DNA of 64,000 nucleotides. Origin: Antedon mediterranea. Its lineage: Eukaryota; Animalia; Echinodermata. Below the pieces are notes generated by a model. The model worked only from the letters and a program-made list of their open reading frames with translations. It searched no databases and had not been told where the DNA came from. The stretch covers positions 16,788,795 to 16,852,794 of the forward strand of contig NC_092670.1 of the NCBI RefSeq assembly GCF_964355755.1, given 5' to 3'. Position 1 is the stretch's first letter, and each line of letters opens with the position of its first letter. A program made the translations under genes and the position numbers. This document shows positions 54,601 to 62,762 of the stretch, piece after piece.

Positions 54601-55299
54601 ATTGATTACATGAAACCAGTACAACAACAAAGTGTTATGAATATTGCAGACAATACACCAAATGTAACAATAAAATAGCAACGATGAAAGAAAGATTGCC
54701 ATCTCTTTAACTGTTTACTTTTACATTTTGATTTCAATTTTAATCATATCCAAAAAATATTATCCCACTGCATAAACATTTAAAAAGTTGCCTGCACCAA
54801 TTAAATAAAATAATGTAATGACCGAATTTTGAAATAAAAACACAAATAAAGAAAAACAGAAAATATTTTTTAAAAAACTGAACATTCTTTAGCACTGTTC
54901 ATTGTCAAAATTAGGGCCTAAATATCACTTTTCCATTTTAATAGTAGAATTATTAAACGGCATGTGATACGCAATCAACCAATCACATGGCAAAGATACA
55001 CCCAGGTTAGTTTATAACAGACTAGAATATTTTAAGTATTTAAAATTACTTACCCTGCTAATACTATGAAGAAGTCAAGTTTGTTCCAAGATTCCGTCAA
55101 ATATCCATTTTTCCCTTTAATTCCCATCGCAGTCATTTTGATCAGCATTTCAACAGCAAAAAATCCGAATATAAAATGATCAAATCCTGCTAGCACCAGG
55201 CACCTAGTTGAGTCGCACGTTGTGTCCTCGCACGGACGATACATCCCCAGCGTAACACAGTTCAAGATAATTATTAGCATACTGACCCTCTCAAACCAT
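3567..55299 (-). CDS. Cav3: T-type voltage-gated calcium channel alpha-1 subunit (Cav3), multi-exon, 5'-incomplete (first coding exon outside window)
   Basis: About 33 exons join in frame at splice sites read from the sequence. Four S1-S6 repeats with R/K-rich S4 segments, EEDD filter, gating-brake region and poly-His tract in the I-II linker. No AID or IQ motif seen. Confidence 0.98.
3640..3910 (-). repeat. Coding 60-bp tandem repeat (about 4 units) in terminal exon
   Basis: Repeated ttactaggctcttgg...gaaggcctagaagttgtttctgttg; peptide [20 protein letters not shown]. Confidence 0.9.
5048..5367. repeat. 31-bp minisatellite, about 10 copies
   Basis: gtatttttatacagctttatatagttctata repeated. 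Confidence 0.95.
5562..6195. mobile_element. Non-autonomous DNA transposon with TTAA ends (Kolobok- or piggyBac-like)
   Basis: ttaaagcccccttcactac ... gcagggaaggggtctttaa imperfect TIRs flanked by TTAA; CpG-richer interior. Confidence 0.6.
6205..6382 (-). CDS. Cav3: Cav3 C-terminal exon (TENEGMEM...[13 protein letters not shown]...INA)
   Basis: Open frame, strong acceptor, G|gttagt donor in phase with the terminal exon; RxxSLP motif. Confidence 0.8.
6518..6650. mobile_element. MITE family A copy (PIF/Harbinger-like)
   Basis: TIR agctctgtctac.../gtagacagagct with shared internal sequence. Confidence 0.8.
7490..7640. repeat. Degenerate tandem repeat of about 50 bp, 3 copies
   Basis: gttatatgatgacatgggtgcagatctgta...agagtacaggtcag repeated. 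Confidence 0.7.
8045..9128. repeat. 42-bp minisatellite, about 25 copies
   Basis: ctctttcttggttttgtgtgtaatcagtaaagagtgaaacata repeated. Confidence 0.97.
9228..9260 (-). CDS. Cav3: Probable small C-terminal exon ([11 protein letters not shown])
   Basis: 33 nt, phase 0/0; strong ttcttctgcag acceptor, AAG|gtactt donor. Confidence 0.6.
10433..10471 (-). CDS. Cav3: Probable small C-terminal exon ([13 protein letters not shown])
   Basis: 39 nt, phase 0/0; tttttatcacag acceptor, AAG|gtataa donor. Confidence 0.6.
10947..11177 (-). CDS. Cav3: Cav3 exon: DIV P-S6 loop, S6 and proximal C-terminus
   Basis: [24 protein letters not shown] in ORF 10938..11219. Confidence 0.96.
11188..11385. repeat. Degenerate ~20-bp tandem repeat
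   Basis: atgaatatgtaaattagcat repeated. Confidence 0.8.
11645..11766 (-). CDS. Cav3: Cav3 exon: DIV turret and filter ([16 protein letters not shown]...[13 protein letters not shown])
   Basis: Manual translation; TGDNW signature. Confidence 0.96.
11935..12013 (-). CDS. Cav3: Cav3 exon: DIV S5 ([26 protein letters not shown])
   Basis: Manual translation; canonical Cav3 sequence. Confidence 0.96.
12633..12703 (-). CDS. Cav3: Cav3 DIV S4-S5 linker exon variant B ([24 protein letters not shown])
   Basis: 71 nt, phase 1/0, ttgtag acceptor, gtaaac donor; paralogous to variant A. Confidence 0.88.
13498..13568 (-). CDS. Cav3: Cav3 DIV S4-S5 linker exon variant A ([24 protein letters not shown])
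   Basis: 71 nt, phase 1/0, tacag acceptor, gtaatg donor. Confidence 0.88.
13744..13874 (-). CDS. Cav3: Cav3 exon: DIV S3-S4 (WNQLD...[17 protein letters not shown])
   Basis: ORF 13727..13912 plus splice sites. Confidence 0.96.
14085..14194 (-). CDS. Cav3: Cav3 exon: DIV S2 ([36 protein letters not shown])
   Basis: Manual translation; ag/gtaagt. Confidence 0.95.
14282..14433 (-). CDS. Cav3: Cav3 exon: III-IV linker and DIV S1
   Basis: [28 protein letters not shown]. Confidence 0.95.
15419..15611 (-). CDS. Cav3: Cav3 exon: DIII S6 and III-IV linker; alternative donor at 15398 (25c-like)
   Basis: [18 protein letters not shown]; two phase-1 donors 21 nt apart. Confidence 0.95.
15782..15871 (-). 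CDS. Cav3: Cav3 exon: DIII filter ([30 protein letters not shown])
   Basis: ORF 15743..16009; SKDGW Cav3 signature. Confidence 0.96.
16066..16717 (-). mobile_element. Non-autonomous Helitron/Helentron-like element
   Basis: Subterminal inverted acctccgcc/ggcggaggt; palindrome acctccttggcggaggt at one end; cactc-gagtg hairpin then CTAG at the other; aaac microsatellite. Confidence 0.55.
16930..17068. mobile_element. MITE family A copy
   Basis: Same TIR and core as other copies; lies about 25 nt past an exon donor. Confidence 0.8.
17094..17219 (-). CDS. Cav3: Cav3 exon: DIII turret ([11 protein letters not shown]...[13 protein letters not shown])
   Basis: Manual translation; 126 nt, phase 0/0. 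Confidence 0.95.
17268..17722. repeat. ~53-bp minisatellite
   Basis: gctaccgtagagcagaaaaatatgaaagggacattaagtaaattggtgatata repeated. Confidence 0.95.
17762..17888 (-). CDS. Cav3: Cav3 exon: DIII S4-S5 linker and S5 ([30 protein letters not shown]...)
   Basis: ORF 17669..17995 plus splice sites. Confidence 0.96.
18171..18424 (-). CDS. Cav3: Cav3 exon: DIII S2-S4
   Basis: ERTFLT...[16 protein letters not shown] in ORF 18167..18511. Confidence 0.96.
18470..19255. repeat. Low-complexity GAT/GTT repeat with a 21-bp unit
   Basis: ggtgacattgatgttgatgtt repeated; source of several spurious ORFs. Confidence 0.95.
19301..19424 (-). CDS. Cav3: Cav3 exon: DIII S1 ([36 protein letters not shown])
   Basis: ORF 19187..19402 plus splice sites. 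Confidence 0.95.
19535..19917. mobile_element. MITE with ~60-bp imperfect TIRs
   Basis: tatagtgtatcacggtgctgacgtcac...ggttgctagc versus gctagcaacc...gtgacgtcacaccgtgatactctata. Confidence 0.75.
19966..20069 (-). CDS. Cav3: Cav3 exon: pre-DIII ([34 protein letters not shown]); probable GC donor
   Basis: SLYL.SP.N.FR motif conserved before DIII S1; AA|gcgagt is the donor that keeps frame. Confidence 0.88.
21487..21570 (-). CDS. Candidate cassette exon, II-III linker ([28 protein letters not shown])
   Basis: 84 nt, phase 0/0, pyrimidine tract plus ag, gtaatc donor, more GC-rich than flanks. Confidence 0.55.
21826..22072 (-). CDS. Cav3: Cav3 exon: II-III linker (SQDVSSHNG...CSCNG...DAIDEG)
   Basis: ORF 21805..22041; ctttag acceptor, gtaagt donor. 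Confidence 0.87.
22212..22378 (-). CDS. Cav3: Cav3 exon: II-III linker ([19 protein letters not shown]...)
   Basis: Open frame, aatag acceptor, AG|gtgaga donor, phase consistent. Confidence 0.85.
22554..22720 (-). CDS. Cav3: Cav3 exon: II-III linker ([15 protein letters not shown]); alternative in-frame acceptor at 22687
   Basis: ITHTxATP motif typical of the Cav3 II-III linker; gtaagt donor. Confidence 0.85.
23019..23151 (-). CDS. Cav3: Cav3 exon: acidic II-III linker ([44 protein letters not shown])
   Basis: Open frame; phase 0/1 matches flanking exons; purine-rich on coding strand. Confidence 0.8.
24825..25290. repeat. Degenerate ~60-bp tandem repeat
   Basis: Recurring caacagtggatgg...ccagtatcacctctcta. 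Confidence 0.75.
26281..26310 (-). CDS. Candidate 30-nt microexon, II-III linker ([10 protein letters not shown])
   Basis: ctttcag acceptor, gtaagt donor, phase 0/0, open frame. Confidence 0.45.
27095..27118 (-). CDS. Candidate 24-nt microexon, II-III linker (FRTEDKNK)
   Basis: ttttttgtctacag acceptor, AAG|gtagaa donor, phase 0/0 in a phase-0 intron. Confidence 0.45.
27290..27385. mobile_element. MITE family A, partial copy
   Basis: Core sequence ends abruptly at gtttgatagtgta next to the LINE relic. Confidence 0.7.
27386..28158 (+). pseudogene. Decayed LINE ORF1 (coiled-coil plus RRM/CTD, L1/Tx1-like)
   Basis: [14 protein letters not shown]...IERAHRAG...PHILVRF...YIIDDLT motifs with in-frame stops and a frameshift. 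Confidence 0.75.
28926..29065. mobile_element. MITE family A copy
   Basis: TIRs and shared core. Confidence 0.8.
29108..29263 (-). CDS. Cav3: Cav3 exon: DII filter and S6 ([15 protein letters not shown]...[15 protein letters not shown])
   Basis: Manual translation; 156 nt, phase 0/0. Confidence 0.96.
29726..29843 (-). CDS. Cav3: Cav3 exon: DII turret (exon-12 equivalent; [39 protein letters not shown])
   Basis: ORF 29594..29839; three-cysteine loop. Confidence 0.96.
30188..30373 (-). CDS. Cav3: Cav3 exon: DII S4-S5 ([27 protein letters not shown]...)
   Basis: ORF 30163..30372 plus splice sites. Confidence 0.96.
30819..30970 (-). CDS. Cav3: Cav3 exon: DII S2-S3 ([26 protein letters not shown]...)
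   Basis: ORF 30641..30961 plus splice sites. Confidence 0.95.
33695..35025. mobile_element. Fold-back element or inverted duplication, ~130-bp arms
   Basis: About 33695-33822 is reverse-complemented at about 34890-35025. Confidence 0.65.
35773..36217 (+). repeat. 71-bp tandem repeat (about 5 units) ending in an (AAT)n retroelement-like tail
   Basis: acacacctaattggtgacagtggcttag... repeated; a single-unit copy of the same tail is at 47500-47818. Confidence 0.85.
37505..37977 (-). CDS. Cav3: Cav3 exon: distal I-II linker and DII S1 (...[20 protein letters not shown])
   Basis: ORF 37442..38041; phase-1 acceptor ccttcag; gtgtgt donor. Confidence 0.9.
38460..39246 (-). CDS. Cav3: Cav3 exon: DI S6, gating brake and proximal I-II linker (poly-His, PHASPE motif)
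   Basis: [25 protein letters not shown] in ORF 38341..39399; G|gtagga donor in phase with next exon. Confidence 0.92.
40128..40270. repeat. 20-bp minisatellite
   Basis: tagccaggaacttagatgggta repeated. Confidence 0.85.
40405..40537. mobile_element. MITE family A copy
   Basis: TIRs flanked by TTA on both sides. Confidence 0.8.
40968..41140. mobile_element. Small inverted-repeat element (MITE-like)
   Basis: ggccaactcagacagcgtcgtacga versus tcgtacgatgctgtttgagttggcc. Confidence 0.55.
41290..41382 (-). CDS. Cav3: Cav3 DI pore exon variant B ([31 protein letters not shown])
   Basis: 93 nt, phase 0/0, gacag acceptor and gtaagt donor; paralogous to variant A. Confidence 0.92.
41893..41985 (-). 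CDS. Cav3: Cav3 DI pore exon variant A ([31 protein letters not shown])
   Basis: 93 nt, phase 0/0, tttag acceptor and gtaagt donor; carries the DI filter Glu. Confidence 0.92.
43899..44181 (-). CDS. Cav3: Cav3 exon: DI turret and P1 helix (...[11 protein letters not shown]...[14 protein letters not shown])
   Basis: ORF 43881..44177; tacag acceptor, gttagt donor. Confidence 0.95.
45716..45876. mobile_element. MITE family A copy
   Basis: TIRs and shared core. Confidence 0.8.
45999..46250. mobile_element. MITE family B (Harbinger-like TIR)
   Basis: agcctggtttccataaaatcgc ... gcgatttttatggaaaccaggct. Confidence 0.75.
47536..47683. mobile_element. MITE family A copy with TTA target-site duplication
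   Basis: ggcTTA[agctc...gagct]TTAggctgc; the empty site ggcttaggctgc is present in the 35773 repeat. Confidence 0.88.
48087..48258 (-). CDS. Cav3: Cav3 exon: DI S4-S5 linker and S5 ([37 protein letters not shown]...)
   Basis: ORF 48083..48415; ag/gtaagt boundaries. Confidence 0.96.
48441..48538 (-). CDS. Cav3: Cav3 exon: DI S3-S4 ([32 protein letters not shown])
   Basis: Manual translation; ttcag acceptor, gtaagt donor; phases 2/1 match neighbours. Confidence 0.96.
48710..48905. mobile_element. Inverted-repeat element with ttactgcagtaa palindromes (related copies near 44960 and 60490-60645)
   Basis: ctactgaagttactgcagtaactac ... gtagttactgcagtaactgcagtag. Confidence 0.55.
49875..50510. repeat. 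17-20-bp minisatellite
   Basis: taataggagtgtccactt variants repeated more than 30 times. Confidence 0.95.
51290..51445. repeat. Dispersed GC-rich repeat (related copy near 53825-53975)
   Basis: Shared ctcactggctaaa...ggggc...cagc.ttgga.ggcc core. Confidence 0.55.
51450..51710. repeat. (GAT)n-rich low-complexity repeat
   Basis: gaggaaactgatgatgat... units. Confidence 0.9.
55054..55299 (-). CDS. Cav3: Cav3 exon: DI S1-S3 ([18 protein letters not shown]...[12 protein letters not shown])
   Basis: Canonical Cav3 sequence; AC acceptor with U12-type branch point; GG|gtaagt donor. Confidence 0.95.
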
Positions 55300-55318
55300 G
55301 TAAATATATTGTTAAGAA
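55300..55318 (-). other. U12-type intron 3' end: branch point TTCTTAAC and AC acceptor
   Basis: Minus strand reads TTTTCTTAACAATATATTTAC|ATGGTTTGAG; no AG at the junction expected from homology. Confidence 0.88.
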
Positions 55319-57181
55319 AAACATTTTTTAAAGAATACTGCATATATCTACAAAACCATTTTATAAGATAAAACAATTATAATTTATCAAGATAATATAA
55401 AATATGAGTGGAAAAATTGCGATATATTTATACTGTGTTATATTGCATTATATCTTAGTATATTGTTTCTATGGATGGAAAAATTCTATCATGCTTATAA
55501 TCTAAAGACATAACGTGACTGAAAGCATGGAAGAGTGGGTGTTTAGACTATAAAATATGTTTTAGTAATTGAACAATAATACATACTATTGAAAATACTA
55601 ATATTCTTTTGGTGAAATTATAATATTTTTCAGCAAGATAAAAAAAAGGATTAAAAAAAACAATTAGTTAGAGGCTATGTTATGTCGATGTATAAAGTAT
55701 AATGCATTTGTGATTTCTGTATGAGATTAGATCACACCTTTACATTTATCTTTAACTTGCTTAATTGATCTGGAATTGATTTTAATTTGGGAGAACAGTG
55801 TAATCTCCAATCTTTAATTTTCCACAAATTATAACATTACTATGAAAACAGCCAATACTTGAACAATTAATTTAAAATCTGTTCTTTACTGACTATGTTC
55901 CAATCATAAACTCTGTGCGAAAACCTGACACAGCATGGTATAAACAATAATAATTTAATATCTGGCGAACCGTTGCAACTTTATGTTAACCTAAATTCTA
56001 CAGCATTGATAGCCGAGTCCAGTCTCTGGGGAGTCGTGCCCAATGCATTGAAATTGTATTAAAAAGCGATCTTCACACCAATGCAGTGGTTAATAGCATC
56101 AGAAAGTTTATGCGTGTCTAGGCGCATTGGAATTAATCACGCGTAAATCGTGTGATAATCATGTATGGTTTATGTAGTGGAAGAGATGGATATAGGGTGA
56201 TGATTGAAGAAGAAAAAGTACAAATTCCAAGTTAGTATTTAGAAAGTTAGTTGTAGTCGAAAAAAAAAAAAAAAATATTTGGTACTTTATGAACTTTTAA
56301 AATTTACAAATCACAGTTTTAGTTGAACTATAATAAAATTATCGAATAAATAACCTTTAATTATTATACAAACATTGACGGAGTAAGAGCAGTTTTTAGT
56401 TTGGGCTCGTGCCTATTACTTGCTCCTGGCAAGATGAAATGTAAAACTTACTTTTAAGAACTTTTGCCAAATAAGTATTATTAAACATTGCAATAAAAAA
56501 AAGTTTAAATTGCATTGATCAGATAATGTAATATAAAAATCACTTTAAAGTTCAGTGGAGACATTTCATTAATATATTTTATGTGTTCCAAAAGCTAATG
56601 TCAAATAATTAACATTTATGCTTTGTACTGTAGCTTGTAACACAACAACATTACAAAAAGAAATGATGACGGCTATTTGTGGGTGGGGGGGGGGGGGCGT
56701 CTCCATGTGTGGCCATGGTCTTTTGTCTTTTCATATTATCACACGCTCTCTCTCTTCCTCTAATCAAGTAAAAGCTAGGCATGAATTAGAATATAAAATA
56801 ACACATTTCTATACTAGTATGCATATATAAATAATAATAAAATGTTATGGTTTTAAAAAGATCATAATAATTTCATATCAAATTAATTCAATAGTAATTT
56901 TTTGCAGAAATGACGAACTAACTTTAATGTCTATCGTAATTAAATTATTTCGAGTTTTCACATCGTTTTACTATTAATTCTTTAAATCAAAGTCAATGCT
57001 GTCAAAGTTATTGTTTGCTTTGACCATTAATTTCCAATGTGACCTCAACCTAGTAATGCAGTGCACACTTTACAGATACAACAGATTGCCAAAGCAAACA
57101 TAGCTACAGATCACATTTGTCAATCACAATACAGAATGTTCATTAATATCATGTAGTAACATTAAGTACAAGAGACACTAA

Positions 57182-57390
57182 AGCTCTGCCTACACTACGA
57201 AAGTATGATGTGGCCAAACATGGTAGTGATATGACATCATCATGTCCATATATGGGCATATCACATTTTTTTGTCACATAAAGTTTAATAATGTAGACAG
57301 GGCACACTATCAAACTAATTTGACAAAAAAAGTGTGATGCATCCAAATATGGTAGTGATATGCCCAAATATGATAGTGATATGACATCTT
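57182..57390. mobile_element. MITE family A, two fused or rearranged copies
   Basis: One near-complete copy followed by a second partial copy. Confidence 0.7.
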
Positions 57391-57547
57391 AAGCCATATT
57401 TGATAAATATTTCTAGACCATGTTCTTCTATTCCACCACGTTTCACCAGATTTCCTGTACTGTATCTCTACATATGGCATGTCTAGTATCATAGAAAAAT
57501 TCTGTATACAATGCCACAATGGTGCCTATAGGGTTACGCAGGCATCA

Positions 57548-57870
57548 GATGAGTCTCATGCATATTTAGTATGAGTCTCATGCATATTTAGTATGAGTCT
57601 CTGTTCTCATGCATATTTAGTATGAGTCTCGTGCATATTTAGTATGAGTCTCATGCATATTTAGTATGAGTCTCATGCATATTTTTAGTATGAGTCTTAT
57701 GCATATTTAGTATGAGTCTCATGTATATTTAGTATGAGTCTCATGCATATTTAGTATGAGTCTCATGTATATTTAGTATGAGTCTCATGTATATTTAGTA
57801 TGAGTCTCATGCATATTTAGTATGAGTCTCATGCATATTTAGTATGAGTCTCATACATATTTAGTATGAA
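57548..57870. repeat. 22-bp minisatellite
   Basis: atgagtctcatgcatatttagt repeated. Confidence 0.95.
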
Positions 57871-58431
57871 TGCTTATTAATTATGAATCTCATATTTATG
57901 AGGCAAAACTTATTTTCCACATCTGGTGTTTTGGTGGTTTTCTATCGAAAAACCACAATGTTGAAATATAAAGAAGATAGTTATTATATAAAGAAAATTG
58001 GCAGAAATTGTTTCATTTTTGTAAGGATGTGAGATACATAATACCGTATTAAAAGAAAATGAAACAATGTCAAGTCATATTACATTATAAGTTCAAGGTA
58101 CATTATATTATTATCTAATATAAAATATATTAATATAAATGTATAAATCTATTTTCTAAGAAATAAATTGGCAAAAAAGGCACAAGAAATTCTTTATCAA
58201 AGTTGAAGTGAAGTAAAAAGAAAATGAAACAAATCCTACGCGGAGACGATTCAAATTTACCCATGGTCAATAAACATGCTACCGTATGTAATTTTCATGA
58301 ACTTTAAACATACCAAAATTGTTCAATAAAACAATTTATTATGTATTATTGATTTACTATATTTAAATGATTTAATAACATCTATCTTTTAACACAAGTA
58401 GTGTCAAAGCATGTATTCTACTTGCTCCTAA

Positions 58432-58593
58432 AGCACTGTATACACTATCAAACTAGTTTGATAAAAAAAGTGTGATGTGCCAAATATGGTAGTGATATGC
58501 CTAAATATTGTAGTGATATGACATTATCATGTCCATATATGGGCACATCACATTTTTTTGGCACATAAAAAGTTTCATAGTGTAGACAGAGCT
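58432..58593. mobile_element. MITE family A copy
   Basis: TIRs and shared core. Confidence 0.8.
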
Positions 58594-61500
58594 TAAACTC
58601 ATGCAGTTGGCACACTCCTCCTGACCTATGTGATAACGGCAATTTTCCACAAAACATGTGTTTTTCAGACAAATTTCTTTGAAACATGTGAACAACTCAT
58701 ACATTCAACTTGCATAGAGATTATGAATTAATAAATACATGTTGAATAAAACATGCAACCTGTCATTTTGTCTGGGTTTGTTCATAGAACTTGCTTATTT
58801 GGTAAAATGTATTACATGATCATTTTAATCACAGAGAGAAGAATAAGTTAACTGCCAACGGTCATTGGCAATCATCGAACAATAAATTATCACTGCACGC
58901 ACACACGTATGGTAATATAATATTTCCATCGTTCAGGACAAAAATAGAAAGCAAAGGCCTATCTGTCAAGCATTGATGGAATTCTAAAATTGCCAGGTTA
59001 TCTATCTACCAGTCCAGCACGTGTTGCTAAGTTTGAAATATTTGAAGCAGTAGATGTTCTTGATCGATGAGACAATTTAGCCTAAGCAGCCAGATATTTC
59101 CTGCCTACATTCTTGTACGATGTCTTTTTTTTAAACCACATACAATGTTTGCGTATAAATCAACCATACCTTTATAATACTGTTGCAACTCTGTACAAGT
59201 AGACTGTAGCTATAAAACAGTCATACAGATTTCTTTAAGATTTAAAAGATTTAAACAAAATTTATGGATTTATAATTTTGTTGCAATGACTCGACACATT
59301 GAACTTTTGTGAACTAGATATAGTAGAACTCCTCCTTTGGTGGTAGTGGGTGGGGTGGGGGGGGGGGGGGGGGCGGCAGGAAACACCTTCCTTTGAAATG
59401 AATGTGGAACAACATATTTATTAAAATAATAGCTAATCTCTATTCAGGGGACTTGGGTTACTGTATGAACATCAATACACTGTTTGTTCATTGTGCATTG
59501 AAATAAGAGGGTATAAAATTATTAATTATATATCAGAAATAAAAATAAAGAGTGTCATCTACAGTTTGACGTTATCAGGTAATGCTCAAGAATTACAAGC
59601 ATATACATGGTTTATATCAACTCTACGTTCCATGTTTATCTTCACATGGTAAGCATACTTTTACTAATGGCACCCAACATGGATCACAAACTTTCTTAAT
59701 CAGTTTAGTGACTCTTGAAAATTGATAAAAGAAGAAACAACAGATCAGTTTAAAACTAAGAATCTAGAGGAAACAGATTAAAACCTTATAATTAATTCCG
59801 ACTCTTGATATTATTAAAAGATAATGGGGTACTACCAAATTACACAGAATGGCCATCATCTCAGTCAGAAACATTCCTCCAGAGATTAAATACATTGAGG
59901 ATGATGGCATCAGAAGATGCGGTCATCGTAAATGTCATCTCATCTAGACAATTCCCACAGGTTTTGAAACATGAAAGTCCATTATTTTTCTAACCAAATT
60001 ACTTTGAATGTTCACTGTCGTTACACAATTGAAATACCAACAAAACAACTTCTTGAAGAAGAGATTATAAGAATTTACCACAAATTTTGCATATTAACAT
60101 TTTGACATTTATTTATATTGAAAAAAAAAAAATTCTACTAATTTGAAGTCTGACATGAATAGATTGACTGCTATATTGATAAATCAAATTTAAATAATGT
60201 TTGAAAAGCTAACAATCTTAATTCAAAATCTTCATTCCTAGATTACTTTAATAACAGTCGCCCTCATCTACGGTGGTACATCACGTTCTCAAGTTGTCAC
60301 TCGTCTCGATCCTGAAGCCCTAGCGTTGCGCTCTACTTACATCCAATCATCATAACACTGATTTATGTAATCCAATATTCAAGATCAATTTGATATAAAA
60401 TTGTATTAAACATGTTTATATAAAAGAATTAACAAATGTAATGTTCAGTGAAATTAAAGTCATTAGGAGTTTGACGTAAATAAAACATTTACTGCAGTAA
60501 CTACATTGCATTTAATTTTTAAACCATGTTTATGTAATTTTTTTCTTTTATATATAATCACACACACACACTGTGTTACTGCAGTGACTGCCTCATATAC
60601 TTTTATAAATTGAAACATTAAAAAATGTAGTTACTGCAGTAGAATAATTTGATATTTTCCCTAATTATACCTTTAAATATAACCAGGTATTCAAATTATT
60701 AGTATTATAATTATGCAACATTTTATTATTAGCACCACGGTTATCAATTAGCAAATAAAAGCATTGTTTATACATATCTTAGGTAATACAATTCAGTGTT
60801 TACACTGTTGAATGTGTAAATACTGATACGTAGTTATATTAAATTAAATCAAATCTACGCATACTCACTTCATTTAATTATTTAGCTTTATATTGAACTG
60901 TAAACTATATAGCCATCATAAAAAAATTAAAATATGATCTAAATAAAACATGATTGATAAGCATAGTGCAATATGAAAAGCATCTTTATTCAGACAATTT
61001 AAATTTCAAAATCTAGTTGACAGAATAATCCATGCAAGGCAGTGTGCAGGTATAAACGCTCATTACTACAAGAACAGGAAATACGTAAAACACTGTGCTT
61101 TTGCGTCAACAAACGATCTTTCATTGTCTGCTGTTGTGCGGATAAACCGTTAGTCGAAAGGTTTTTTTGACTCTGTTCGGCTAACTGAACGTGGCCACAG
61201 GCACGGCTAATTAACGATCTCTAGGGATTGTATGTATTTAATTCCTGCATCAAATAACAACATTTATTTCTATGATGATGAACCTGCATGAAATCAAAGT
61301 CGGCCTTAAGGAGAATCCTTAGAATTTGTTATGGATCCTTTACGATTAAAATGCATAAACTACTGTAATAAATAATGTATGTTTAACAGCACTGTCTGTT
61401 AATATTCATGTAAAAAACACTTTCATTCGTTAATATTTTGATACATTTAATATAATTAATAACGGTGGAATATTATTGTACATTCATGTAACATTTATCA

Positions 61501-62319
61501 TACAACATTTTTAATGTATATAACAGTTGAATACCAGATATTCATGAAAATAACTTTTGAATCAGTACATTCGTGTAAATAACATTATTTATGTAATAAT
61601 TTGGTATTTTACCGTAGATAGTACTACTGTGGGATGTACAAAAGGTTGCTGGAGCATTGTTATGAATATGATAAAAATATTGAATATTACAAAACCAAAT
61701 CATTTCTCGCCAACCAATCTTTCCACAAAGATCTCCCTGTTGTGTGAATATGATTATAATAAAGAGTGGAAAACTTGTTTTTTCCTACGGTAGATAAAGA
61801 ACTTTTTGTTGTGAATTACTTTTTATTAAATGGATGAAATATGTCAAATACTAAATAAAATTCAATTCTAAGTAACATTTTTTTTCTTCAAATTAAAACA
61901 GTATACAAAATGGTGTAAAAGAACTAATAGATAATAGATTTGATTATATTTAGCAAATTCTTAAGTCAATGTCAACAAGTTAAGTACACATACTCAACAT
62001 ATTTGCTATCTATGGTAAATAAGTCCAACAGTTCGTTTCCACCCATTAGAAATAATACATAAATGTATGACTATAGGCTGTATTGTAAAATCACTATATT
62101 GCTACTCAAGAAATGGGCTTGCCTTTTTACGCAGGTTGAGTCATTGTGTCCACATACTACTGTAATACAGTAGTATGTGGTATATTTAAATAATCAACAA
62201 GAAAGCTAAAAATTATATTTCAGATATATCTGTAAGCATGTTTTCATTGCTATATAAAAGCTGTGTTTACACTGATTCTGTGTGGTGGCTGGAGAAAGCT
62301 ATGTTACGTTTTTTGTTTA

Positions 62320-62762
62320 CATACATACTGTACGACGTTTTGTATGGAATCGTACTGTACGTTTTGTATGGAATCCTATTATACATTTTGTATGGAATCG
62401 TTTTGTACTTTTATATGGAATCGTACTGTATGGAATCGTACTGTATGGAATCATACTGTACGTTTTGTATGGAATCGTACTGTACGTTTTGTATAGAATC
62501 TTACTGTACGTTTTGTATGGAACCGTACTGTACGTTTTATATGGAACCAAACTGTACGTTTTGTATGGAATCGTACTATACATTTTGTATGGAATCATTT
62601 TGTACGTTTATATGGAACCAAACTGTACGTTTTGTATGGAATCGTACTATACATTTTGTATGGAATCATTTTGTACGTTTATATGGAATCATACTGTACG
62701 TTTTGTATTGAATCTTACTGTACCTTTTGTATGGAATTGTACTGTACGTTTTTTATGGAATT
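62320..62762. repeat. ~25-bp minisatellite
   Basis: tatggaatcgtactgtacgttttg repeated; explains the overlapping ORFs here. Confidence 0.95.
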
